A DNA stretch of 64,000 bases, from assembly GCF_009914755.1 (NCBI RefSeq), contig NC_060931.1; one strand, 5' to 3'. The notes under the pieces were generated by a model. That model worked only from the letters and a program-made list of their open reading frames with translations, was not told the origin of the DNA and ran no database searches. Below are positions 41,051-52,415 of the stretch, piece after piece; the first letter of the stretch is position 1; the number at the start of each line of letters is the position of its first letter. The translations under genes and the position numbers were made by a program. Source of the DNA: the human T2T-CHM13v2.0 reference genome, Homo sapiens.

Positions 41051-42169
41051 CAAAACCCATATTAATCTAAACGCAAATAGGCAGCAGAGAAGAATGCTTT
41101 TCCTGTGTTCACGATGTCTGAGACCGACATTTTTCCAGTGGCAGCGATGTCTCTTTTTGGTTTCCATTTTTCTTATGCTTGTCTATAGTGTTTTTCTAAC
41201 CATTTTATTTTCTCCTTCCACTTTTCCTCACCAGCTTCTTCCTCCCTCTCTTGAGGCCAGACTCTGCTCATTTGCAATCATGGTTCTGGGCTGCAGCTTC
41301 TTCCCCATCCTCCTCTGCCTCACTTCCTATGGTCACCTGCCTCCGTGTCATCCTGGCTGGGATGCTGTGTGGCTCAGCTGTCTGTTCTACCTCCTCCTCT
41401 CCACCTGGCCCCACCACTGCTCCGCCAGGCCTCCCTCGTGTGCGCAATGTCGTTATGGCAACCGCCAGTCAGTGGGACTGGGAGACACCTCACTGAGCCA
41501 GAACTGGCAGAAGGGACACAGAGCAGCATCTGCGGGGGCTGATAAGGCCAAAGTGTTGGGTTGGCCCCTCCTGGAAAGAAAGAGAAGGGAACAGTGAGAT
41601 CAGATTGGCGGTGATAGATACCAGGCATGATTCCTGACCTGCTAGAATGACTGAAGACTGCATACAGGCCCTAGTTGAGTTCCATGCGACTTTCTGCTTT
41701 ATGCCCAAATCCAGCTTTTTGAACCAACACCTCCATCTCCAATCCCTATCCCACAACCATTAGAAGAGAGAGCAAAATAAAAATGATTCTAGGCTCTGTG
41801 TAGAAAAGTGCAGAAAAAAATAGTTTGCCCTATTAAGTAAAACATATGACTATTACTCTTAGCTTTATCCAGGATATTAGCTCTGATTATTTTTGAGAGG
41901 GGTAAATGACAATTTTACATTTAAAAATGCACATGCTGGGATCTAATAAGAGCGTTCTTCTTTGCAGCAAACCAAAACAACAATTAAAGGTGATTGCCTC
42001 ATATTTCCAAATTATCTCCAAGCCCCAAACATGATGAAGGTATTAAGAAGAACATGTCTCTGGCGATCATTCAGGATCTGTTGAGTGGAATTAGAAATAG
42101 GGATGTAAGAACTCTTCTTCTCAGGCTGCGGTTTCATTGTACCCACAATGCCTACAGGATATTCAATGC

Positions 42170-42335
42170 TTTAGAATACTGAAATGCTAAAGCTAGAGCA
42201 GAGACATATTACTAGTTTGTCTCTCAGTCTACAAATGAGAAGGGTAAGGCCCAGAAAATGGAAGGGACTAGCTCTGGGCCTCACAATTTGTGAGCTGCAG
42301 AGCCAGACCCATGTGTTGCTGGTAACACTTTGTCA
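42170..42335 (-). mobile_element. MIR3-like SINE
   Basis: TACAAATGAGAAGGGTAAGGCCCAGAAAATGGAAGGGACT...GCAGAGCCAG. Confidence 0.55.
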
Positions 42336-42599
42336 TCTTTCCATTAAACCCGAATGCAGCTAAGAAAGATAAAACCAACTAAAAGAAGAGTCTTTTGGAC
42401 CTCGATGTTTGGGGAAATTGTGTGCCTTCCCTGGAGGGCTGCATTCTCTTTTCATGGGCCCATTACATCATATGGCTCTGCAGTAAATAATTAATTCCAA
42501 ATCATAATACCACAAATGCAGTTTCACTGGGCCTGAGTTCTTAGACTCAGTTTATACACTGGTCAAGGAAGACTTAGTAACATTTCTCAAACTAAGCAT

Positions 42600-43330
42600 A
42601 ATTAAAAGTTATGAAATTTAACATCGACAAAATAATAAAATGAAGACAAAGGGGAAAGAAGCAGATCCTTGTAAATATGCTAAGTTATTCATTATAATTA
42701 AAGAAAATCAGCAAACAGTGTGTCAAGTAACAGAACAAGTAATACATGTTTAGATATATTATTTACAATTTATAATGTTGGCCGTCAGGAAAAAAAATCA
42801 AACCTTGGAAAAAGCTTGAAATTGATTAGCTTTTGGAGGAGGAGAAGGAGGGCTTAACTTTTTGTTTTAGACGATCTTGTGTGGTTTGAATTTTTAAACA
42901 TGTGGATGTACTCCTCTGAGACTAAAACTGACACTGTCATCAGTAGAAATTTGGTTAAATAAATTATGGTACAATCATAAAATGGAACATTTGACCCCCA
43001 TTGGGAAGAATAGAGTTGATCTGTTTATTCTGACACAGAAGTATGCTTAAGATGGAAGGATAAGGGGAGAAACGAAGAAATTAAGTTATGGAATCACATA
43101 TAGAGCATTATCTTTATGAAAATATACACCCCATCTGTGTGTGTGTGTGTGTGTGTGTGTGTACACATGTTTAGATATATGTTTCTATATTATAAAAAGA
43201 GGTGTGGAAAGACGCACACCAAACTCAGAGTTGAGGGTCTAGGAACTAAGGTATAGAAACATTTTTAAAGAGACTCCTGTACTATTTGAATGTTTAAATA
43301 ATAAGCATGTTAGTTTTTAAATTCAGCACT
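42600..43330 (+). mobile_element. Adjacent old L1 3' fragments (L1MC-like, then L1ME-like)
   Basis: TTGGTTAAATAAATTATGGTACAATCATAAAATGGAA and ACGCACACCAAACT are L1ME 3' hallmarks. Confidence 0.6.
43136..43161. repeat. (TG)13 microsatellite
   Basis: Read directly. Confidence 0.95.
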
Positions 43331-43981
43331 TTATTTTAAAATATTATAACCAAAATTATAGACTAAATGTGAGTCAGAAAAAATGTAGATTCTCTTGATG
43401 AAATGCTTCACAAATATTATGTTTCTTCAAATTTAGCACAAACTCCTTTAAGTATAATACTATAACATGATAAAAAGCTTCCTAAATTATTTATTTGAAT
43501 GTACTTCTGGCTTTTTGGGATGGAGGGTAATAAGTGTATTAAGAAAAAATATAGAGCAGTAGAATTCCACTTGAAAATAAACAGTATAATGAAGATACCT
43601 TTTGGAGACTAATAGATTTAGAAATGTAATTATTTTGAATTGAATTTTTGCTTCAGATGGTTATAACTCCTCTAACCTAAACACTAAGCTAGATAATTAT
43701 AAGATGTTCTTCTTTCCCTTTCGCTAATAATCCATTTTACTATTTTTAAAAGTGTAGTGAATGAAGAGAAAGTCATCATGAAAGCTGTTCCGATGACTAC
43801 TGTCTTCCATATTTCTTAGTAGTTGAGCTAAATCCCAACTTGCTGTGCCCCCTCTTTCTTTTCCCAAACCAGCTTTGAATGTCAAACTCTTCATTTAATT
43901 AGCTCAGTGGAGAAACAAAGACAAATAAACAATGAGCTGAAATTTCAGCTCTCAAGTTTCACTTTTTTTCTCCTGATTTAG

Positions 43982-44041
43982 GCTCAAAGTATGACAGAAA
44001 AAGCAACCTCAAGTGCCCGAAGGATCTTTTGCTGAAGACTG
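43982..44041 (+). other. Candidate 60-nt internal exon
   Basis: Acceptor TTTCACTTTTTTTCTCCTGATTTAG| and donor CTG|GTAATT. One open phase-1/phase-1 frame, SKYDRKSNLKCPKDLLLKT. Confidence 0.3.
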
Positions 44042-45474
44042 GTAATTTTAGAGCAAATGAATAGACCATTTTATTAATAAAAATCAGGCAGTCTGCTGTA
44101 CCCCTAATATTTTGCAATATTGACTTCATATATTTTTTAAATTTGAAAAAAATTAAGACATACAAAGTTTTCTAATTGATAATGTATGATATAGGTGGTA
44201 ATTCCTCTGAGAGCTATGGGACTTCTGACACGCAGGATGTGCTCATTAGCAAATGTTTGCCTTGTTAGATTTATTATTTACTTCTATTTGTATTTAAATA
44301 TGTTTCTGTTTATCTTTTGGGTGGTGAAATGTCATTGAGATTAAAAAGAAAAACACAGTGTTCTGTGTATGAGACCAGGCTATATTAAATGTAATTTGCT
44401 GTATTTCTCATGTCTAAATGTATTAATTCCTGTTTTAAAAAGAAAATAAAGGAGCAATTTATAATCAAATTGTGCAAAATGAATCATGAAACAAATTCTC
44501 ATTGAAGATGAAAAAGAAATTTCAGTGTTACTGCCAGTGTTTTCTTAAAACATCTCTTTTCCAAAATAAATTCTCAGAATGGAATAAAGATTTTAATTTA
44601 TTTACTTTGAGGGTTATGAAAAGATAAATGGATTCAAAATTTATCTTCTTTACTGCTTTGTATAGACATAGTAAAGTTAAGGTCCATGCCTGATATCTCC
44701 TAAAATGCTTAGTTGTTTGCATTTTATCTTGTTCTTCTGAGTATGGTCTTAGTCTTTCCTAGTGGATAAATCGGCTGATTCTTTGCTTTTATAGCTATGG
44801 GCTACGTAGAGTTCCACACAAATTATCATGTCACTGCAGGTTTCTGTAAATGTCTGGAATAATGTCTAACCTTGATGGTTTGGTGGCTCCACCAGGAGAT
44901 GTTAGCACTTCCTTCCTTTGACAATAGCAACAATATGTCCTAATCCAGTTACCCCCCTACCTTGTGTCTCCTGACCTACCCAAACACACACCCCCAACAG
45001 CAGTACACCTCCTCAACTGTGTATTCCTTAGGCTGGATGCAGAGAGCATACTCTGCTCCACTTTTGAAACTATTAGAAGATGATACAGTTCTTTATCTGC
45101 ATCTGTGCTTCACAGTGTCTTCCCAAAGGCTGTTAAAAAAGAAAAAGTGGAAGAAGAAAGCAGTGTAGGTCCTAAATTTTAGTTTTAAGAGTCTATTTAC
45201 ATGACCTCTTCTTCCTATCCCAGAGTCACACCTGGCTTCTTTTTTCTGATGAGCCTTTGGCTAGACCAATTTTGTTTCCTTTCTAACAGGATTTCCTTTC
45301 ATTTGGTTTGACTTCTCTTTAATACAAGAATATTTTTGAAAACCTTTTTTGCCACTTGTAAATCACGGAGTGTAAAATATTGTTGATATACGTGAAGTGA
45401 AAACTCCTGAGTTTCTGAAGATTTTCCTCAACTCTGATCCAAAGTTTTTGGAGTAGACAGGTTTATTTGGAGTA

Positions 45475-46112
45475 CAGTTGTCCCTGGGTGTCCGTGGGGG
45501 ATTTGTTCCAGGACACTCCACCCCTATGACCCGCAGATACCAAATACCTCAAGTCTTTGACAATAAGATGGCATAGCATTTGCATATAACCGATGAACAT
45601 CCTGCCGTATACTTCAAATCATCTCTAAATTACTTACAATAGCTAGTACTATGTAAATGCTATGTAAACAGGTGCTATAGTCTATTGTTTTTTATTTGTA
45701 GGTTTTATCATTGTATTGTTATATATATTTTTTTATAAGGAAGCCATTTGCTTTATTGAACATAGTCTCTTTTTTTTATTATTATGCTTTAAGTTTTAGG
45801 GTACATGTGCACAACATGCAGGTTAGTTACTTATGTATACATATGCCATGTTGGTGTGCTGCACCCATCAACTCTTCATTTAACATTAGGTATGTCTCCT
45901 AATGCTATCCTTCCCCCCTCCCCCTACCCCACAACAGAAAAAAACAAACACCGCATGTTCTCATTCATAGGTGGGAATTGAACAATGAGAACACATGGAC
46001 ACAGGAAGGGGAACATCACACACTGGGGCCTGTATTGTTATATATTTTTTCCAAATATTTTTGATTGGTTAAATCTTTGGATGCAGAACCTGTGAATGCT
46101 GAGTGCCAACTG
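45475..46112. mobile_element. MER2B-type Tigger MITE interrupted by an L1
   Basis: TA|CAGTTG...CAACTG|TA termini with TA TSD; internal TTTGCATATAACC...TATACTTCAAATCATCTCTA...TGTAAATGCTATGTAAA. Confidence 0.88.
45727..46033 (-). mobile_element. Short L1PA (PA3-like) with 5' inversion and 3' transduction
   Basis: Antisense L1 3' end at 45770-45937, sense-oriented upstream piece at 45938-46033. TSD TGTATTGTTATATAT at 45712-45726 and 46031-46045. Confidence 0.9.
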
Positions 46113-46691
46113 TATTAGGAGCACAGTGGATTTTTTGTTTCTCCTCTGTCTTACCCAAGCACTTTTTTCTAATATAAAATTAATACATGACCAATGTGCA
46201 TAGTCTGAAAGTAGAGATGTATTTTGAAATGAAATGAAATCAGCAGTTGCTCTTTATCCCTCCTAGAGGAGAGAATGCCTGTCAACATTTACCCATATTT
46301 TCATCGTCTCTTATCTATATGTTATTTACATCAAGTTTCTTAGTTATATATTATTTAGTTGAAATCATGCTATATGACAACTTTACAATGTGCCATTTTA
46401 AAATTTAACATTTCAAATTATTAAAAACTTGAGGTTATTCATTTATTTAAAGATACAAATAAAGAAAAATGCCTTTGATAGAAATGCGAATATATTTTTA
46501 AAGAGAAAATATTATGTGTAATACAATCTTCCCAAGGCAACTGTTATCTTGTTAGTATATTCTATTTCACCTTTTAATATATTTTCCTTTTACATAGGTA
46601 ATATAATATCTTTATATGTATATCCTTTATTTTTGCTTTACATTATAGAATGTTTTCATATCAATAAAGTTTCACATCAAAAATGTCTTCA

Positions 46692-47103
<412 letters not shown>

Positions 47104-47664
47104 TTACTTCATTTGCCTGTTTAAAATGGGAATGGTTTAAGAGAGAAATGAATAAAGGGTAAGCCAGGTACGTAAGAATGCAAGGGGAGCTCAGGGCCAG
47201 GGCCAGGTAGCCATGTGTGAAGGGAGGACAGCTGGAGCCAGTGCGCGGGGCGGCATTCAAGTTCATCCAGCACGGTCAACTGCTGCAGGACTCCAATCTG
47301 TCTTCCAAGAGCTCCTGTGCCAACAGGCCACAGAGAGCTGAGTGAGCATGCTCAGTATCTCTGCATCCATTTGTAAAGCTGTTTTGTAATCTACAAGATT
47401 CCATGGGAAAGCCGGAGGGACTGACTTGGTCTGCAACACCTTCACAAGATGTCATGCCATGAGAACTCTTAGATGAAAGCTACTCCAGTGTTTTCCAGAA
47501 AGGTTTCCACATAAGGTTACTCCAAGTTCAGGGCTGACTTTGGTGTATTGTAAACCCAGAGGGTGAATTTGGTGGATTTAAGATTTCATCTTAAATGGTG
47601 AAATTAGACATGCAATAGTACATTTCTTTTTACTGTAACTGTCCCTTCAAAATGTTTTAGTATC

Positions 47665-47957
47665 GGCCAGGCATGGTGGCTCACTCATGTAATCCCAGTA
47701 CTTTGGGAGGCCGAAGCAGGCAGATTGCCTGAGGTCAGGAGTTTGAAACCAACCAGGCCAACACGGCAAAATCCCATCTCTACTAAAAATACAAAAAATT
47801 AGCTGGGCATGGTGACAGGTGCCTGTAGTCCCAGCTACTTAGGAGGCTGAGGCAGGAGAATCGCTTGAACCCAGGGAGCGAAGTTGCAGTGAGCTGAGAT
47901 CCCGCCATTGCACTCCAGCCTGGGCAACAGAGCAAGACTCCATCTCAAAAAAAAAAA
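47665..47957 (+). mobile_element. AluS
   Basis: Full dimer with A tail; degenerate TSD ending TTTA(G/A)TATC on both sides. Confidence 0.95.
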
Positions 47958-48419
47958 TTTAATATCACCTATGTTTTATGGCTATCAAACTACTCTCAGT
48001 TAGAAGAAGTTTATCATTGTAAATTTGCCAGTCACTTTGGTGTTTTGATAACTTTGTTGTCTGAGTACTTTTTCCTCCTTCCCTTCCTTCCTTCTTTTCT
48101 TTCTTTTTTTCTTTAGATTCACAGTATAAAATTCTTCTATTTAAAGATAATAAAACTAGAATATTAAAACTAAGACATAAATGTAGACTTCCGGTTCAAA
48201 ATAATAATTTGATGCCAGACATTTAATATTCTGTTCTTTAATGTCTCCCTTGAAATTAAGAAAGAAATAGAAGAAAAATAAAGAAAGATCTGAATGAGCA
48301 CACAAAAGCACACAGGAAGTATACTCACTATTTACTGAAGAGAAATTTGGAGGCAATTCAGGAATGTGGAACCCAGGTGAGACCTAATTTAAGTGAAAAT
48401 CAACCAGCCTGATATTCTC

Positions 48420-48443
48420 TTTTTTTTTTTTTTTTTTTTTTTT
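48420..48443. repeat. T24 homopolymer
   Basis: Read directly. Confidence 0.95.
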
Positions 48444-48787
48444 GTGAAAGAAGTCTATGTTGGACCTAAAAGGACAGAAGTCCACAGATACTCCTAGGAT
48501 AAGAAAAGGGCAGGATCTGGAGGTAATTGTAGGCTAGGAGAGCCCAGAAAGGGAACTTCTCACTTTATGATTGTAGTACTTAGAACCCTGGGCCCCGAAC
48601 CTCATCCTGCCCTAAACTTTGTCCAGATGGTGTCCTAACTAAACAAGGACAGTGAGCTCTATCTGAAAGCAGTTGTTTATAATTAGAGGAAGGGAGCTAG
48701 CTAGCTTTGAGCTACTGCAAACAATGTGCTTATAAAAATTTAGGGTAATCTTTCCTTTAGCCAGAACTTTGAGTAGTGGCAAGCTCG

Positions 48788-49164
48788 CTCTTTTCCTTCC
48801 TTCCTTCCTTCTTTTCTCTCTTTCTTTCTCCTTCCTTCCTTCGTTCCTCTCCTCCCTCCCTCCTCCCATCCCCTCCTCTCCCTCCCTCTCTCTTTTCTTT
48901 CTCTCTTTCTTTCTTTCTTCCTTCCTCCCTCCCCTCCCCTCCCCCTTCCTCCCCTCCCCCTTCCTCCCCTCCCCCTTCCTCCCCTCCCCTCCCCCTTTCC
49001 TCCCCTCCCCTCCCTTTCTCTTTCTTTCTCTCTCTTTCTTTCTTTTTCTTTCTTTCTTTTCTTTCCCCTTCCTTCCTTCCTCCCCTCCCCTCATTTCTTT
49101 CTTTCTTTCTCTCTCCTTCCTTCCTTCCTCCTCTCCCCTCCTTCCTTCCTTCCTTCCTTCCTTC

Positions 49165-49213
<49 letters not shown>

Positions 49214-49349
49214 TTTCTTTCTTTCTTTCTCTCTCTCTCTCCCTCCCTCCCTCCCTCCCTTCCTTCCTCCCTCCCTTCCTTCCTCCTTTCCCCTTCTCCT
49301 TCCTTCCTTCCTTCCTTCCTTCCTTCCTTCCTTCTTTCTGTCTTCCTTC
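48788..49349. repeat. Complex polypyrimidine tract: (TTCC)n, (TTTC)n, (CTCC)n, (TTCCTCCCCTCCCCC)n
   Basis: About 560 bp with only a handful of purines on the plus strand. Confidence 0.97.
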
Positions 49350-49583
49350 GAGTCTCGCTCACTGTAGCCGCAACCTCCTGAGCTCAAGTGATCTTCCTGC
49401 CTCAGCCTCCAGCATAACTGGGACCACAGATATGCACCACCACACCCAGCTATTCATTTTGTGTTTTCAGACAGAGTCTTACTATGTTGCCCAGGCTGCT
49501 CTTAAACTCCTGACTTTGAGTGATCCTCCCACCTTAGTCTCTCAAAGTGCTGGGATTACAGGTGTGAGTCCCCACACCTGGCC
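49350..49583 (-). mobile_element. AluJ with an internal deletion in the right arm
   Basis: GAGTCTCGCTC|ACTGTAGCC...GCTCAAGTGATC...AAAGTGCTGGGATTACAGGTGTGAG...CCTGGCC. Confidence 0.9.
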
Positions 49584-51052
49584 AGCTCTGCTTTTCATTT
49601 GATGAGGAAGGTCCGTTGAGTGAAGTAGGAACTTGCTACATGAACTGTTCATTGAGGCCGTCACACTGATTAGCAAGGTGGGTGGTGCCCACTTACTTCC
49701 GGGCTCCTAGCGTAACAGTGGCAGTGGCCCCTTCTGGTTATGGTTCTCTCAATACTAACCACAAATGGAAAATGAATTGAGAATAAACTAGAACTATTAA
49801 AAGTAACCCCCCTCTGCTTTTATTTGGGACTACACAGAGCCAGTTTCTAGTACAACTTATTTTAACTGACAGAACTACGCAAGCATTGGCCTGTTAAGGA
49901 TGAGTAAACTTCAAGGACAAAAACATCATTGTTATGAAAACATTTATTAGTTCCGCTCACAGGCACCAATCTAAGGAATTTAGAGTAAATAACCTCTCAG
50001 CAAATAAACTTACTGAAATAGTAACAGGAAAATGGTTCTAAAATATATACCAAATCATTTTCTTAATTGATGGCTAACTATATCAATTAAATAAAATAAA
50101 ACTTGCTTTTAGATTTTTTAATTCCCCAAATTAAAATGCCATGAGGCAGTGAAGAGTAGAATTGATACTTCAGGAAAATAAATTAATTAAATGCAAGTCC
50201 AGCCATCAAAAATTTTCTGTAACTTAGAGGAAAAGTATAAGTATGGCCTAGAAAATATAAGAGACAGGAGAAAATACCCGGGAGAAAAACATATTTGTAA
50301 TAGAAATTCATATTATTCACAGGGCACTTGAAAAAGAAGCAAAAATTATTAAATCATTGATACAAATTTTCTTAGTTGAAAACTTGATTTTGGGGATATA
50401 CCAGAAGAAAAACAATGAAGGGGATTGGACATAAACACATTTGGGTGAAGCATTTTAATTTATGATAGTGTAAAAAAGTCTGTAAGTATACAACAAGGAA
50501 AAAAGCTACTCAACAAAAGGAGGAAAATGTGAGGTTAGAATTAGACATCTCAGCTACAATAAATGCCCTTAGATAGTAGGAGTCATGCTTGCAGTTTTCT
50601 GTGAAAAGAAATATTCTGAACCTAGAATTCGGCACCTGAAACTCTCATGCACGCATGAAAGTAACAGAAACGCAGCCTCAGTCATGACTTTACAAAGTAA
50701 TGCATTTCTGCTAAGTGATTACAAGCCAAATGCTCCAAAATTAGTAATTAGCTTTCTTATACACCAGGAATAGCCAGTTGAAAACTGTAATACAAAAAAA
50801 AGATATTTTTATTAGGCAATCAAAGTATAAAACAAAATATCTAGGAATATAATGAGAAGTATACACAATATGGTAATGTCCTCTTTTCAGTAAATACTTA
50901 ATGTTCACCAAGTTCCCAACATTGGGAACATAAAACTGAGTGACACAAAAGAAAATCTGAGTAAACGAACACAGTGCTCCTAAATGGGAAAATTAACAGT
51001 GAAAAATATCAGTTCTCCCTCAAATCTATCAGCCTGTTTATCTATCTGTCCC

Positions 51053-51096
51053 TATGTATGTATGTATGTATGTATGTATGTATGTATGTATGCATG

Positions 51097-51150
<54 letters not shown>

Positions 51151-51178
51151 CCTCTATCCATCTATCTATCTATCTATA
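51053..51178. repeat. Compound tetranucleotide STR (TATG)10 CATG (TATC)13 plus a degenerate tail
   Basis: Read directly. Confidence 0.95.
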
Positions 51179-51415
51179 TTAGCTAAACTCAAACATTGAT
51201 TATTTTAGAGTTGAGGAAGAGATTTAGAGAGATATTTATGTATAAGAATAAGTGAGACTGTAGCCGGGAAATATTTCGAAAAAAATTAAGACTGATTTTG
51301 GAGGGAGAGCACAGAATAATTTTTTTAAATGGCAGAACGTTTATAATTAAAATATTCTAGTGTTGATATGGGCCCAGTACAAAAGAATCATAGTATACAA
51401 TAAAGTTCAGAAAAA

Positions 51416-51418
<3 letters not shown>

Positions 51419-51452
<34 letters not shown>
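51419..51452. repeat. (TG)17 microsatellite
   Basis: Read directly. Confidence 0.95.
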
Positions 51453-51454
<2 letters not shown>

Positions 51455-51689
51455 GGTATTATTTCAGTATTTGATTCGAGTGTCCTTTCAAATTACTTCG
51501 GACAAATATATTATTTATGTTAATGATGTTAAAGTTTGACTACCTGGTTTAGAAAAATAATATCAAAATGGCCAAAAAATATTGGTGAATGTTTCTTTAA
51601 TCCCTGAGGAGAGAATTCTTTAACAAAACCGTAAAGTTGAAAACCATAAAGGAAAAGACTGATGGATTAAACATCCACGATGGTGACAT

Positions 51690-51950
51690 CTAAGTGTCCA
51701 ACTACTGCCAACCTCCTCTTTCCATAGGATAGAGTTATTACTGGGAAACAGCTGTCCAACCAGCTACCTTTTAAAAATCTTGCATCTACATGAGGCCACA
51801 TGAGTATTGCCAGGGCCATGGTGATTATGAAGTGTTTGCCGACCGGATGATAGATATCAGGCCCTGGTGATGTTACAACATGAAAAGACCTAGGTTATAA
51901 ATCACAGCATGCAAGAAAGCTGCCCACTGACCAGGAAATTGTGACATAGC
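51690..51950 (+). mobile_element. LTR16-like ERVL LTR fragment
   Basis: CTTGCATCTACATGAGGCCACATGAGTA and GAAAAGACCTAGGTT...AAAGCTGCCCACTGACCAGGAA resemble the recalled LTR16 consensus. Confidence 0.45.
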
Positions 51951-52239
51951 CACACAATGGAATCCAATTCATCAACAGAATAGCATGAATATTTACCGTG
52001 TGGTTATTTGTATTGCTAGGTCATTATACATATGCATCAGTGCAAAAAACAAATTGATATATATCTATAGCCAAACAATAATGAGCCTTTTATATAGAAA
52101 CTCCTAGGCTAGAAGGAAAGATTAAGACAGAACCCAAAGTACTGCCCACATCTATTTACTGCAAATGATTTTATTCCAAAACACACTCTTACTGTCGTAT
52201 AAGCAAAGGCCAATTGGTTAGACCCTGATAAGGGGACCA

Positions 52240-52415
52240 AAGTGAAGGTCTGTGTTCCCTTTGTGACCCAGTTAGCTTTGATCTCATTCACACATCTGGC
52301 AAATGGAGATGCTAAACCTGTAGGGTTTATGTGAGGACCAGAAATAACGTTTATGAAATAACTGACACATAATAGACAGTATATAAAGACAGATAAAATT
52401 ATTGTCATTATTATT
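52240..52415 (+). mobile_element. MIR SINE
   Basis: CACATCTGGCAAATGGAGATG...TAGGGTTTATGTGAGGACCAGAA...GACACATAATAG. Confidence 0.6.

Larger units (their letters stand above)
50710..51680 (+). mobile_element. Ancient L1M ORF2 remnant containing microsatellites
   Basis: AGCTTTCTTATACACCAG, AAAATATCTAGGAATA, TCAGTTCTCCCTCAAAT and AAAACCATAAAGGAAAAGACTGAT. Confidence 0.6.

Noticed and set aside
41094-41597. 167-aa hydrophobic ORF resembling a membrane protein
   Set aside because: The hydrophobicity derives from T/C-rich sequence, and no family signature is recognisable.
48639-49602. Longest ORFs in the window (201-277 aa; F/L/P/S-rich or E/G/K/R-rich)
   Set aside because: They are translations of the pyrimidine microsatellite, which cannot encode stops.
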